Source of the DNA: Epithemia pelagica
Lineage: Eukaryota; Protista; Bacillariophyta
DNA: 64,000 nt
NCBI GenBank assembly: GCA_946965045.2
Contig: OX337228.1
Coordinates: 310,001 to 374,000, forward strand
Reading direction: 5' to 3'
Each line of letters starts with the position of its first letter. Position 1 is the first letter of the stretch. A model generated the notes under the pieces. The model was not told the origin of the DNA. It saw only the letters and a list, made by a program, of their open reading frames with translations, and made no database searches. Made by a program: the position numbers and the translations under genes. Shown here in pieces: positions 31,941-44,300 of the stretch.

Positions 31941-34670
31941 ATGGCCGAGAATCATCCAACAGACCACACGGCCACACAGCAGGCACCAGCACAAGTACCG
32001 AATGCCTTGAATGAACCATGTGCCAGAGACACTCATCTCCAAGCAGATAACAACAACAACAACAACGACGAGGAAACCAAGACTCTCCGCACCACCACCA
32101 CCACAAATCCATCCAGACCATCCACAAGGGACGAAAATGACCGTCCAACGACCACGGACCAAACCGTCTCCACAGGAGTGGTCGTGCCTGTGGGTGTGAC
32201 GGTGGCGGCTGCCGTTCAACACAAGAAGCAGAAACTCCAAGGGATCCATAAACAAAGTACCATCCCCAAACTCCAACCTCCCCAAGCGTCGACTCGCAAC
32301 AACAAACAACCGCAACAACAACAACAATCGCCCAAGGGAAGCAAAACACGGCGAAACACAACACAATCCGATCCATCCACCAATCGGTCGTCGACTGGAG
32401 ACAGACGTTCTGCACCAAATTCTCCCTCCGCAAAACGGTCCAGGTGGTTCGACTGGCTTGCCCAAAAACTGTTTCGACGACCCAAAAAGAAACCAGTTTC
32501 CTCCCTTCAAGTCTTTGTGATGGCCAGTCTAGTCTATGCCTCGTGCGTCTGGTTGCCCTCCGGGATTGGCCATATTCTACACTATTTTCTACAACACTCG
32601 AACGACGAATCCAATGCTCAGCCGACGTTTCGAATGTGGATGCATGGTTGGCTTTTGTATTGGCACGAAATCCTTCCCGAGTGGACCCATGCCTATTTGC
32701 CGTCTCTTCCAGTATCACAATCGGACGATTGGATGAACCATACAGTGGCCTCCGTAGGAATGGGTGACTGGATTGAAGAATGGTGTCCGGAATGGCTCGT
32801 CGCTGTCTTGTCCTGGACGGTTTCTTCCACTCGACCAGAGTCCAATGGCGAGGAGACTGTATACTTTGAGTGGGATCGTTTTCTACTATTATTTTGGAGC
32901 AGTCCACAGGATGCCTTGTCCCACTCTCCCATGCCTGGTTACGATGCTTCGCCGTCGTATCATCATCATCATCATTCTTCGACCAACCACCATCACCATT
33001 CCCTGATTTGGTCTCCCGATGCGGCATGGACCGATGTCGGTGTGGTGGTTGGATTGAGTGTCTTGTTGGCCGTCTGGCGGTTGGGTCTGGCCTATTGTCT
33101 CGTTCCCATTCAACAATGTGGAGAACCAGCGGTGCAAGCCTTGGTCAAATTAAAGTCGGTCCACTTGTTGTCTCGCGATTATCCCCTGACACCTCAAATC
33201 TCTCGCACCAAAACAAAACTCCTTGTCGTACAGGACATGAAAAAAGAAGACAGTGCAATCGACAATGATCTAGATGAGGAAGAGGACGAGATTGAGCCAA
33301 CGTCCAAAACTCAGACAGCCTCTATCATGAAATCTTCCAAGAAGGAAGACGACGACTTTCCCATGTTGCCCGATTTGGGTGGATTACAGCGTGATCCAAT
33401 ACTCCGACCTGGTGCAAACGACACCTCCTTGCAACCAAAACTCAGCGAACCTACCACTACAATGATGAATGACAGGCTCACATGGACACGATTATCACTT
33501 CATAGTCCGACACCCACCTTGAAAAAAGGACCAAAACGGCAAACGCGGCAACGTCATGGAGCGACCGATAAAACACCCGATCCTTCCTCTTTTGCATCAC
33601 AGGAAAACGACTCCTCGGCGCCATGGTCGACCGAGCAGCAACAACAACACTACAAACAGGAGCAAGACCACCAACGTCGTTTGTACGCGGCTCCCCGCAT
33701 GGCCACGGCCTTGTTTCGGTTCACCTACAGCGTCATGGCCGTGTGGTTGGCCTGGACCTTGTTTCATACCACGTCTTTTTGGCCATGGTACGTGGGTGGT
33801 CAAGGATCGACCAAGGCATGTTGGGATTTGAGTGGGACTCTAGTCTTTTTGGAAGCTTCCGAACAACCCATTGTCCAATCCCTCAAGCGCTACTTTTTGT
33901 GGCAAGTCAGTTACCATTGTCATGCGGGTGTCTTTTATATACTGAGTGCCGCGTGGCTGTTTCTTTGGGGACGACAAGAACCAGCCGCACACGGGGAACC
34001 ACACGACCAACGACGACGACGACGATTTGCGTGGAATTCGGCTGGTATCATGAGTTTTTCCACGAGCAGTTTGGTCGAACATTTCTTGTCATTGAGTTTG
34101 ATTGGAACGGCCTATATATTTTCCAGTCTCCGACGATTGGGAGCGGTTGGATTGTTTGCCTTTGATGTATCGTCGGCCTTTCTACACTTGTTGCAATTGG
34201 CCATGAACTATATGCCCCTGCCACCATCCACGGCGACAAGAACGACCGAATTGCCTCCGCCACCTCCCCCTCCCGATTGTGACGACCAGGAAAATGAGAA
34301 TCTCGACGACCACAACAACGACAAGCCACAGGATACGCCCACCACCAATCCGAGCCATTCGCCCTCGTCGCCCACGACTGCCGTGGGCGGAATGCAACGT
34401 CTCGTATGTCGCATTCTCTTTTACGTGGGTGTCGTGCCGAGTTTTGTCGTGGCCCGTTTCGTGATATGGCCCGCCTTGTGGTGGTCCGCCTGGACGGCCG
34501 AAAGTTTTCATTGGTTCCAGCAATTGGAACAAACCTTGTTTTGGGGGGCCTCCTGGACCTTGCAATGTCTTTGGAATGCCTGTTTGTTGGCCGTCTTGAT
34601 GCTGAATGCCATTTATTTTCGACGCCTCGTGGGTGGGACCCATCCTCATTTGAAACGCATCTTGGAATGA
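31941..34670 (+). CDS. TLC (TRAM/LAG1/CLN8) domain multi-pass membrane protein with a long low-complexity N-terminus
   Basis: ALFRFTY...FWPWYVGGQGSTKACW...LKRYFLWQVSYH...LVEHFLSLSLIGTAY...RRLGAVGLFAFDVSSAFL...FVVARFVIWP follows TLC helix order. 909 aa, single exon. Confidence 0.8.
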   Translation: MAENHPTDHTATQQAPAQVPNALNEPCARDTHLQADNNNNNNDEETKTLRTTTTTNPSRPSTRDENDRPTTTDQTVSTGVVVPVGVTVAAAVQHKKQKLQGIHKQSTIPKLQPPQASTRNNKQPQQQQQSPKGSKTRRNTTQSDPSTNRSSTGDRRSAPNSPSAKRSRWFDWLAQKLFRRPKKKPVSSLQVFVMASLVYASCVWLPSGIGHILHYFLQHSNDESNAQPTFRMWMHGWLLYWHEILPEWTHAYLPSLPVSQSDDWMNHTVASVGMGDWIEEWCPEWLVAVLSWTVSSTRPESNGEETVYFEWDRFLLLFWSSPQDALSHSPMPGYDASPSYHHHHHSSTNHHHHSLIWSPDAAWTDVGVVVGLSVLLAVWRLGLAYCLVPIQQCGEPAVQALVKLKSVHLLSRDYPLTPQISRTKTKLLVVQDMKKEDSAIDNDLDEEEDEIEPTSKTQTASIMKSSKKEDDDFPMLPDLGGLQRDPILRPGANDTSLQPKLSEPTTTMMNDRLTWTRLSLHSPTPTLKKGPKRQTRQRHGATDKTPDPSSFASQENDSSAPWSTEQQQQHYKQEQDHQRRLYAAPRMATALFRFTYSVMAVWLAWTLFHTTSFWPWYVGGQGSTKACWDLSGTLVFLEASEQPIVQSLKRYFLWQVSYHCHAGVFYILSAAWLFLWGRQEPAAHGEPHDQRRRRRFAWNSAGIMSFSTSSLVEHFLSLSLIGTAYIFSSLRRLGAVGLFAFDVSSAFLHLLQLAMNYMPLPPSTATRTTELPPPPPPPDCDDQENENLDDHNNDKPQDTPTTNPSHSPSSPTTAVGGMQRLVCRILFYVGVVPSFVVARFVIWPALWWSAWTAESFHWFQQLEQTLFWGASWTLQCLWNACLLAVLMLNAIYFRRLVGGTHPHLKRILE

Positions 34671-35538
34671 TCACAACCACAACAACACCACAACATGCAG
34701 AGAGAGCGAGACTGCTGTCCCTGTTTGAAAAGGGTCGACAACCGAGCAAGTCAGTCCTTGCTTCTTGGTTTCATGGTTTGCCCGACACACTCGAGAACGG
34801 ACCAGTAGCCCCCTGCATCACGGTCTGATGCCGTAAGAACTTGGGTGGCGCCTCGAACTATGTCTGCGGCACCTCCATTCCACGGATACTAGATACTATG
34901 GTATGTAGTATAGGTGGTAGAGAGAGAGAGATCAGGGAGACATGGATCGATATATGATTGCACAGAGACTCGTAATAGAAACAATAGGCCACCGCCCTCG
35001 AGAGGGAAACTACCTACCTCTATCCTGTTGCTAGGAGTAGTATCTACGACTCCCCTAGTTAGAGGAGTATAGTTTCGGCTTCTTGTTTGGGTAGTTGCTT
35101 GTTGGTCCCGTTTCCCGTTGGATGATTCGTGTCAAGAGATCCAACCGTCGATCCAACCGACAAGAATACCAGCGACCCAAAGGAGAATCTATGGTTTCTC
35201 AGAAACCAGAAGGCATACCAGATGCAACGAACACTCCAATCTATGCCCCCCATCTGCACCCGAGTCAATTTCGACCGAAAAGATACCATTTCTATTATTT
35301 CTTGGTTTCGATCGAGTCTGCGACGTTACAGGCATTGGCAGCTTGTGGCTCTGGGTAGAATAGAATCTTTCAACAGAGGCAAAAGCGCCAACAACAACAA
35401 CGAGAAAAAGACATTGCCGAGACTCGTTTCCATACATTCTCGTTGAAAAGACAGTTTTTGGGGTGGATGAACCACAAGAACCAAAGGCAACAGAGGCACG
35501 AGTAACGCCTTTGCCAAACCAACAACAACAACAACAAC

Positions 35539-37464
35539 ATGTCCTTTTTGTTGGCCTACGGTGCCGAAAAGTTGGCGTCCTCGATTGCGGTTCAAAAGCG
35601 ACGGCATCAACAAAAGCAACTGCAACTACAGGCTGCCAACCACCATAGTCGCAGCACTACCACTAATACTACCAACAAGGATGGCATGCCAGGCAGTCCT
35701 ACTGGTACAAACTCGTCGTCGTCCTCCTCCTCCTCCTTGACATCCTCCTCCTCTTCTTCGTGTCTGCCCGTGGCCGATCAATGGGAGGATATTCTTCATC
35801 AACTCAAACACAATCAATTGGTGGAATTGCGCTTGGGATGGCAAGATTCGGCCTATTGTCCTGGATTGCGAGCCTTGTCGACATCCTTACGCAAGGCTTT
35901 GCGACAGAATACGTCCTTGCGTCGCATTTGCATTGGATGGAATCATTGGCAAAAACGACACGATGTCTTGCTGCACCTCTTGACGGTCTTGGCCGAATCG
36001 ATTCGAACTCATCAATTGCAATCCATTCATTTGGTCTTGACCAATGATTGTATTCCAGCCTCGGTCTTGACCAAATTGTTGCACTCGCAAGTTTCCCTCT
36101 CGTCCTTGACCTTGCAAACCATTTCCGTCTACAACGATGACGACCATGACAATAAACAAGGCAAGGACTATCACCACGTCGAACAACGCGACAGCCGCAA
36201 TGGGATACGTTCTACGACCGACTGGACTAGTGGAGGAGATTTGACGACGAATACGGCAAGTTCCTTGTCCTCGCTGGTCGACACTTGCAACAACCACAAC
36301 ACTGTTTACAATTTGCCACGACGCGTCACCAAGGATCGTCATGGCTTGTTCAAACTGCTCATGCCCAATTCCACAACGGTCGTACCCGTCGTTGTGAATG
36401 CGCTCTTGCAGCCGCATTCACCAGTGTCGTATAGCAGCAGCCAGGCGCATCATCATCCCTATGTACTGAGTGAATTGCGCTTGGTGGATTGCGATTTAAA
36501 AGACCACGACATTCAACACTTGGCAAAGTCCCTCTTGCCAACCTCGGTAATTTCCATTCGCGGCAATCGTTGCGTGACCGGTCAAGGTGTCGCAACCTTG
36601 ATTCAAGCGCAACGTGTCGTCTCCCTCGATTGTTCCTTGTGCAATTTACACGCGGGAGATTTTCAACTCGTGGCTCAAGCCTTGTTGTCGTCATCCGGTC
36701 ATAGTCCAAGAAAGACGGCAACGTCGTCGTCGAATGGATTGCAGTTGCAAGAATTGATTTTGCGCGGCAATTATCGCATGGAACTCACGGGCTTGCAAGC
36801 CTTGCTGGAGGTGGCACCCTATGTGATTGAATCGTTGGACCTGTCCTATTGCGACTGGTCCGAAGACATGACATTGTACCTGTTTCAGACTCTCCGCGAC
36901 ATGGGACACCAAGCTCTCGTCCACAAAGCGGCAGCACCGTTGTCGCCTTCCAACAAGTACCATCCTACCACGACGACAATGGCCTTGCGTCACTTGCAAG
37001 TCCAGGGATGTCGCATGCGGGCGACACGGGCCACCGAATACCTGGTCCAAATCCTTCAACAAAATCAACCTCCCTTGCAGTCCTTGGCGGTCCACGATGA
37101 CCGGAACGATCGCAAATACCTGTCCCCGACGCAATTGCAGGCCATTGCGCACGCCATGCAAACCAATTACGAATTGCAAGACTTGCACGTGGATTATTTC
37201 AAAAATCGCACCGAACAACAATTGTGGAAGGAGATTCAATTTTGGCAAGTCTTGAATCGAGCGGGACGACGAATCTTGGTTTCATCCACGTCGTCGTCGT
37301 CGTCAAGTTCGAATCCAACAATCACAACGTCTCTCGAAAAACAGTATCGAGAGGATTGGCAAGCCTGGATTCATTTGTTGCAAGTGGCACACTCCCAACC
37401 AGGATTGGACTCTCTGTATTGGGTCGTTCAGCATTCGGCCGAACGATTTCGCACTCTTTCCTAA
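35539..37464 (+). CDS. RNI-like leucine-rich repeat protein (NLRC3-like LRR, diatom-type C-terminus)
   Basis: Repeats LRQNTSLRRICIG, LSELRLVDCDL, LQELILRGNY and IESLDLSYCD. The C-terminus reads NYELQDL...VLNRAGRRIL...WIHLL...LDSLYWVV. 641 aa. Confidence 0.85.
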   Translation: MSFLLAYGAEKLASSIAVQKRRHQQKQLQLQAANHHSRSTTTNTTNKDGMPGSPTGTNSSSSSSSSLTSSSSSSCLPVADQWEDILHQLKHNQLVELRLGWQDSAYCPGLRALSTSLRKALRQNTSLRRICIGWNHWQKRHDVLLHLLTVLAESIRTHQLQSIHLVLTNDCIPASVLTKLLHSQVSLSSLTLQTISVYNDDDHDNKQGKDYHHVEQRDSRNGIRSTTDWTSGGDLTTNTASSLSSLVDTCNNHNTVYNLPRRVTKDRHGLFKLLMPNSTTVVPVVVNALLQPHSPVSYSSSQAHHHPYVLSELRLVDCDLKDHDIQHLAKSLLPTSVISIRGNRCVTGQGVATLIQAQRVVSLDCSLCNLHAGDFQLVAQALLSSSGHSPRKTATSSSNGLQLQELILRGNYRMELTGLQALLEVAPYVIESLDLSYCDWSEDMTLYLFQTLRDMGHQALVHKAAAPLSPSNKYHPTTTTMALRHLQVQGCRMRATRATEYLVQILQQNQPPLQSLAVHDDRNDRKYLSPTQLQAIAHAMQTNYELQDLHVDYFKNRTEQQLWKEIQFWQVLNRAGRRILVSSTSSSSSSSNPTITTSLEKQYREDWQAWIHLLQVAHSQPGLDSLYWVVQHSAERFRTLS

Positions 37465-38102
37465 AAAAGACACGGTAATGTCAGCAAGAACAACCAACCC
37501 TGTGGTGGTCCCAATCCAATCCAATCCAACCCAATGCATCGATACAAGCATTCCTGCTCATACCTTCACAGATTATCTTACACTATACTCTTACATTACA
37601 CAATCTTCTGTCTTCTACATCTCTCCTGTTTCTCTCTATTTTTATCTTTTGGAAACCAATCTTCTCTCTCTTTGTATAGTTGTTTTTGTTTTTTCATTGC
37701 GCAAGGCGAAGGAACCGTATCATCCAAATCAAAAAGGGCAGTACTTGAAACACACAACGCACGGTCCATGGCTTTATTGTCGGTGTCGCCATTGTGACCG
37801 CAGGCATGGTGGCGTCACAGTTCGCCGTTTGGTAGAGAGAAAAAGAGAGGACACACTGCGAACGGTTGCATCATTTTACCGTTGCACTGGAGAGTGTATA
37901 ATTGACCGATCGATCGACCAGCAACCAACCAACCAAAGCACCCGATCAGCTTAAACATTACCAGCCATGCAAGTGCGTTACGTCGACAGAACCATACAAG
38001 AGAAATATCAATGTCATACCAATGGAGCAAGCCAACAAGTCCATCGATCCATAATTGCCATAACACACAAAATTAAGTCAATGTAACTATTATGAAGCAA
38101 AG

Positions 38103-39256
38103 TTAGTTTATCGAGTCGGTTGATATTTCCTTCATACATGGACGTGTCCCATTTTTACCCAACAACAAATTGCGAAACACGACCGAGTTCTTATCAATCA
38201 GTGACAGTCTTTCACAGAAGTCTCCTCCCACACCAGATATACAAACGATACCAGTCGAAAGAGTAACCATGTTGTGATATCTGCGTGGGACAGTCATTTC
38301 TGGAACCATTTTCCACACTCTGTTGCGTTTTGTGTCGAGTACTTCAACAGACTGCAAAACAGACTGAGAACGCCAACGGGGCCGACCTCCTGAAACGACC
38401 AAGCATGATCCAACTCGAGCCACAGCATGCCCCCAGCGAGGCTCATTCAAAGCCAAGTCCTCATGTATAGACCATGACAAAGAAAAAGGGAACATCGATT
38501 TACCCTTGTTGTTTGTCCCTTCACCACGTGAGTCACTCAATTCCAAGCACACGACTGAGTTGGGGCCTTCCCTTTCAATACTATACCACCAACAACATAT
38601 ATGCATAAACCAATCACAGTCATCCCAAAACAATGACGAGGTACGTTCAGGGGTGGGCCGGGAAATGAATATGGTTGACTTTCGTGCTCGGTGTCAATTA
38701 TTTCAACCGATGTCAAAGCTCGTTCGCCCGTTCCACGTCCACCAACCACAACAATGTACCTGTTGTGAATCGTCACCGCGGAACAGCAGTCTCTCGCTTC
38801 GGACAATCGACATGTCAGTGTCTCCCATGGGGTTGCCTTGGCACGTGTCTTGGGTGAAAGAAGATCAATGATAGCTATGTGTTCAATGGTGTTCAGCCAG
38901 GAACGACCGTAATTGTGTCCCCCAATGGCGTACACACTGCCATTGCAGACTACCGCAGCATGAAAGGATCTCGCTTCATTCATAGCTGGCCCTTCAATCC
39001 ACTGTCTGCATTTAGATCCTTCAGCAGCATTCAAAAACAGAAGCACTGAATTGGTTGCATCCTCTTCATTCTTATTGCCTCCTACTACCACAACAATTTC
39101 TTCCTTGTTGTTGTTTGGAGGATGCACAACAACAGACGCGTGCCCAAACCGCTCAAGGGGAGGCCAGTCTTGGTCATTTCTGGTCCATGATGCCGGTTCT
39201 TCTTTGTCATTGTCCAACACAAGGCCAGACAAGCGCCCTTGTTCTCTCACATCCAT
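38103..39256 (-). pseudogene. Kelch-repeat K6, frameshifted near 38570 and with an extended C-terminus
   Basis: Overlapping ORFs 38537-39256 and 38103-38633. One extra G in the G-run at 38570-38572 would restore the frame. The usual ATG-TAA end is changed to ATA-TCA. Confidence 0.8.
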
Positions 39257-39919
39257 TCTGTAGTCCTACTTGCAGTCAAGAATGGTGTTGTTGTAGTGCC
39301 TCGACAGACAACTTCCCTCCAAAGTCCGACTGCGGACGGATCTCCACGTTCCAACGTTCCACACGCTCGTTGGTAATTTCGTGGCGAGGGGAAGAGATGA
39401 CAGGTCACGTTGCCACTGGTGGTTCCTGTCGATCGAACATGACAGGCCATGTACAAACGCTGTTGGTCTTTTCCTTTGCAGAAGCGAAGCACGATTGATC
39501 CATGCGTGGTGCTTTTTTGCTTCTCTGTGATTGTGTCGGTTCTCAGGAGAGTTGCCTCCACAGTCGGACCTCATCAGCATCTCCACTCTCCACGTTTCTC
39601 TCAAGCTTTCGCCGCACCTTTTTTTGTCGCAAGAGGAGGAATCGATGAGATGCGGAGACGATGGCGTTTTGTATGCGTCGACGGGCGTGAGCGCTTTTGC
39701 GAGCATGTCATGCCATTCATTTGGGCGCAAAAGGACAACGGGCAATAAAAAACTTGCATCCAACAGCCATCCATGACTGTGTTGCCTTTATTGGCTTTGC
39801 GATTTGCCTCTATTTGATGAGGCCGGCATGATACAAACAAAACGCACAACTACCTAATTCCACCAATCCTCCTGCTCATGGTAGGTAACCGTCATCACCA
39901 TCATCACCACCACCAAGTG

Positions 39920-40025
39920 CGTCTCTAGAAAAGCTGTACCGCGAAGATTGGCAAGCCAGGATTCAATTGTTGCAAGTGGCACACTCCCACCCAGGATTAG
40001 ACTCTATACATTGGGTCGCTCAGAC
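39920..40025 (+). pseudogene. Short fragment of the LRR gene C-terminus
   Basis: Matches 37328-37433 (SLEKxYREDWQA.I.LLQVAHS.PGLDS). Confidence 0.75.
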
Positions 40026-41306
40026 TTAAAGTTACGATGGCACCTTTCTTCTCTGTTACTCTCTCTCGACTTCTCTCCAATAGTCCTTACTCTTCCATGT
40101 GAAAGATGACGACAAGCAACGGCTCAGAGAGTGAGAGAGCGTGAGAGAGAAAGAGAGAATTCCAATAGAGAGGGTCGAACTTGTGGTTGGTTGATTGGTT
40201 TGGTGCCGAGCGACGAGACGAAGACGAACGGTATGGATTTGGTGTCTTTTGGTTCATGGTGGTTCCAAGTATATATATTCATTTCTTGATGGGCTACTTT
40301 CTGCTGGAAGAAGAAGACCACATCACGAGAGAAGTGGTCTGAAATGCCGCATACCATTTGAAGCTTCACAACTCCAGTAGTGGTTTGGCTCTTCTGAAAC
40401 ACCCATAAAAGGCACCAATGGGTCTTGTGCACTTTTGGTGTGTTTGTCAGCGTTGCCACTGCTGGCATGGTTGCTTCGCAGCTTGCCGTTATGTAGAGAG
40501 AAAAAGAGAGAACAAACTGCGAACGGTTGCGTCGTTGCTTGCCGGTGCCGTCGCATTGGAATTTGATTTACCGATCGACCAACCAACCATGCCCAAGAAA
40601 AGAGAACCAGCATGTGTGGTCTCCAAGTGCATCCTTGGGCCAACTTTATCATTACAGTGTATGTCATGAATAGACGATCCATGGGTACCAAAGAAAAGAT
40701 GCGACCCAAGCAACAAGCAAACAAGTCAAGTAAGTGGATGAAACAATGATACTATGAAAGTATCCATCCTTTGACACAAAAACCAGTCCATCCAGTCAGT
40801 TCACATTTCTTTCAAACATGGACGTGTGCCATTGGTACCCAACAACAACGTGCAGAACACGACCGAGTTCTTATCAATCAATGACAGTCTTTCACAGAAG
40901 TTTACTTCGAAACCAGATATACAAACAATACCAGTCGAAAGAGTAACCATAGTGTGACCTAGGCGTGGGACAGTCATTTCTGGAATCATTTTCCACACTT
41001 TGTTCCGTTTTGTGTCCAATACTTCAACAGACCGTAAAACAGACTGTAAACAAGAACGTGTTGAAATCCAACTGTCGTCCCCGTATAGTTGGATGGGCTA
41101 AAAGAGATGAAATTAAAAGGGGAAAAGAGTATTATAACGTTACGTTGACGGTGTCCCTAGACGATGTGTTGGTGAGTGATTGGTAGGGTACGTCAGGCGG
41201 AAAGTGCCCTTGATGACGTGTGCGTCCGGGGGATGTCCCCGAAGCACCGGGTGACCCAATATCTTCACACTCCCTCTCACTTTTCGTCCCTGGTGCTCTT
41301 TGCTGA

Positions 41307-44300
41307 TCACCAACCGAGGACCCGTTTGCGTAGCCGCCTTAGCACGTCCACTGCAAGTGGTTTGGTGAGATAGTCCGCCAATTGGTTTGTTGTGTCTACC
41401 GCATGTATGGATATCTTCCCTTCTTCCACGTAGGATCGAAAGTGATGCAATTTGACATTGAGATGCTTGGTGCGTGGTCTGAACTTGTAGACTCGCGCCA
41501 TCTCCAATGCCCCGCTGTTGTCCTCGAAGACCCTACAATGCACTTCCGCTTTGGTGGAGTGTATTTGAATTTGTTGCGCCTTCATCTCTTCTAGGAGTCG
41601 CATGAGCGGGATTGTGGCTCTGAGGGCGTACGATAGTCCCGTGTACTCGCTCTCCGTCGAACTCAATGCGATTTCCGTCTGGAGCTGTGACTTCCATATG
41701 ACAGGGCAGCCCATATAACGGATTATGTATCCGTGACGCGAGCGCGCTGTGTCTCTGTCTGTGCTTGCCGTCTCCTTATTCCAGTTCCCCGCGAAGTCGG
41801 CGTCGACGTACACCTCCAGCCCCAGTGCTGGGTTTGGGTGGAATGTCATTCCCTGCTCTCGAGTCCCTTTCAGGTATCTCGCTATCCATCGTACTGCCTC
41901 GCCGTGTGGTTTACGTGGATTTGACGCAAAGCGAGCACATTGATGTGTCGCGTATGAGATGTCGCTCCTGGAACCTGCTTCCAGATAGTTCAACATCCCT
42001 ACTATTGAGCGGTAATTGAATGACTCGTCGAAAGCCGGCTCGTCAAGGTGGCGATGCAAGATCTTTGATGACGCCATGGGATTGTCTTTTGTAGTTGTGT
42101 TGTCCTTGAAGTGAAGGGCCTGCAGTATCTTTTGGATAAGATGCGGCTGTGCGAATGTGATTCGTCCATCGGCATGTTTGGTGATGTTTACGCCGAGGAA
42201 ATCCTTTATGTTGCCTTCCACAGTGATGTTGAGCTTTGCCGCTTTGAGGTCGGCAATTACTTGGTCAATCTCCTGTTGGTTCGGCCCACAGAGGATGCTA
42301 TCGTCTGTGTACAGTACGTACACCACTGAGACACGGTAGAAAACACATTCGTCTATGGATGATTTGGTGAATCCCACATCCTGTACCAATCTCCTCGATA
42401 GGTGTTGGTACCATACTCTCCCGGCCTGTTTTTGGCCATATAAGTTGGCGTGGAGCTGTAGGGCGTAGTCCGTTTTGGATTTGCCCCCTTCCAGTTCGTA
42501 GCCCCGGGGAATCTCCATATAGACCTCCCGTTCTACTGGCGCCTGTGGATATGCCAGTACGTAGTCGATTTGCGTCGTGTGCCAGTTGAAGGCCGACACC
42601 AGCGCTAGCACGAGTCGAATTGATGCCCAGTTGGCCACGGGTGCATATGTTTGGTCGTAATCACGCCCTTTCTCCATACGTGAGCCGTCGAAGTTCAGCC
42701 TTGCCTTGTGTGCTTTTATGTCTCGTGTGATGATGTCGCGTTTTCGTTTCATCTGCCACACTGCTTTGAAGATTTTTGTCCCTTTGGGGATCTTGCTTCG
42801 GTGCACAATCGAGAAGTTCCCATCCTCCATCTGTCGGTCCATTTCCTTTTGCATCCCCTGCACGAACTGGGCACTGTCTTCCTGCGCCATCGCCTCGTGA
42901 TGATACATCGTATCGGGGTCGGAAATTGCCGCTTTGAAGGCTATCGGGTTCAGCTTTGATTGTTGCTTGGTGGCTTTCTTTCGTTTCTTGCTCTCTTTTG
43001 CTCGCTTTTTCGCGGCCTCGTGCTTGATCATGGTCTTGTAGGCCAGTAGCCCGTTCTCGGCCACCATGTCATCTTGAGGGCAGAGGGTGGCGTAGGTGAA
43101 TATTTCGCCTGGGATTGTTTCCCCGTCCTCCGTTTCAGCGCTCATCACCTCGATGAGTCGTTGTGTGGGCTTCCTGATCCTTCCGGATCGGGTGCGAATG
43201 GTTGGTGTCTGGGGAGGAGCACTCGCCTGCTCCCTCTGACTTTGCACTTCTCTCCTTTCCTGGCTAGTCGCTGGAGTCTGTTGTGCATTTTCAAGTTGTT
43301 CCATGGTTAGATCTCCCTCTTGCGGCAGCGTCCCGTCCTGCATTGGGTCATAATCCTTTCGTTGTTGATGTTGAGTGTTTGTTTCGCGCGTTCCCAGTTC
43401 CATTCCAGGTGCGGCTCCCTCTTGCCACCGGCTTCTTTTTGCCGTCTTCCTTGGTTTGGGTTGCTGGTCCTTTTTCCCATTCGCCTTTACTGTCGCCGTC
43501 TTGAAAAACGTGCTGACTTGCCAGTTTGCTTCCACCTTTTCTTGTTTCATCGTATCGAAGCCCTTGTCGAACCGTACGTGAAACTGTGGGCTCACGTGTC
43601 CTGTGTGGCGATGCAACACTAGGGCCACGTTTCGGTTGTGGATTGGGGATTGGCCTAGGTAGATGCCAATTCGTGCTCTCTCCTTCCATTTGTGGTGCGG
43701 TTTTCCGGACTGCAGCGCCTCACTCAACACGTACACTGGACATCCGAATGGTTTCCAGTGCTTTCGATTGATGTTGACGGGCGTCTGTGCGAAAAGTTGG
43801 ATTGGTGCTTGTTTTGATGAGTGCTGCATGTTCGGTGCGTTGTTGATGCAGAGGTTCGCTTGGCGCAGTGCGTACGGCCATAGATGTGCCGAGATTGCCT
43901 CTGGCCAGCGCTTGTGTGCGTGCATCAGCATCGTCCGTGCCATCTCTTGTAGCTCCCGAATCCGCCGTTCCGCCTTTCCGTTGGCGTGGTGTGCTCCAAC
44001 TGCTGCGAAGGTGAGTTCTTGTCCGTCCCTCTCGCAGCATTGGACCCATGCTTTCGCCTTGAAAATTCCATTGTCCGCGTGGTACGCCTCGATCTTGACT
44101 CCACGATTGAGTGCGTACCGCTCGAATGCTTTCTTGCCCTGGATCGTTTCGGCTGCTGTCGCTGTGCGTTGCAGGTACACGAATCCGAGGGACGTTGCTT
44201 GGTCCACATAGACCGTTGCGTAGTTATACCTCTGTTTAGTGAGGAATCCCGTCATTTGGGCGATCAGTCCAGGAGTCGGTGACACAAGTTGGTCCACTGA

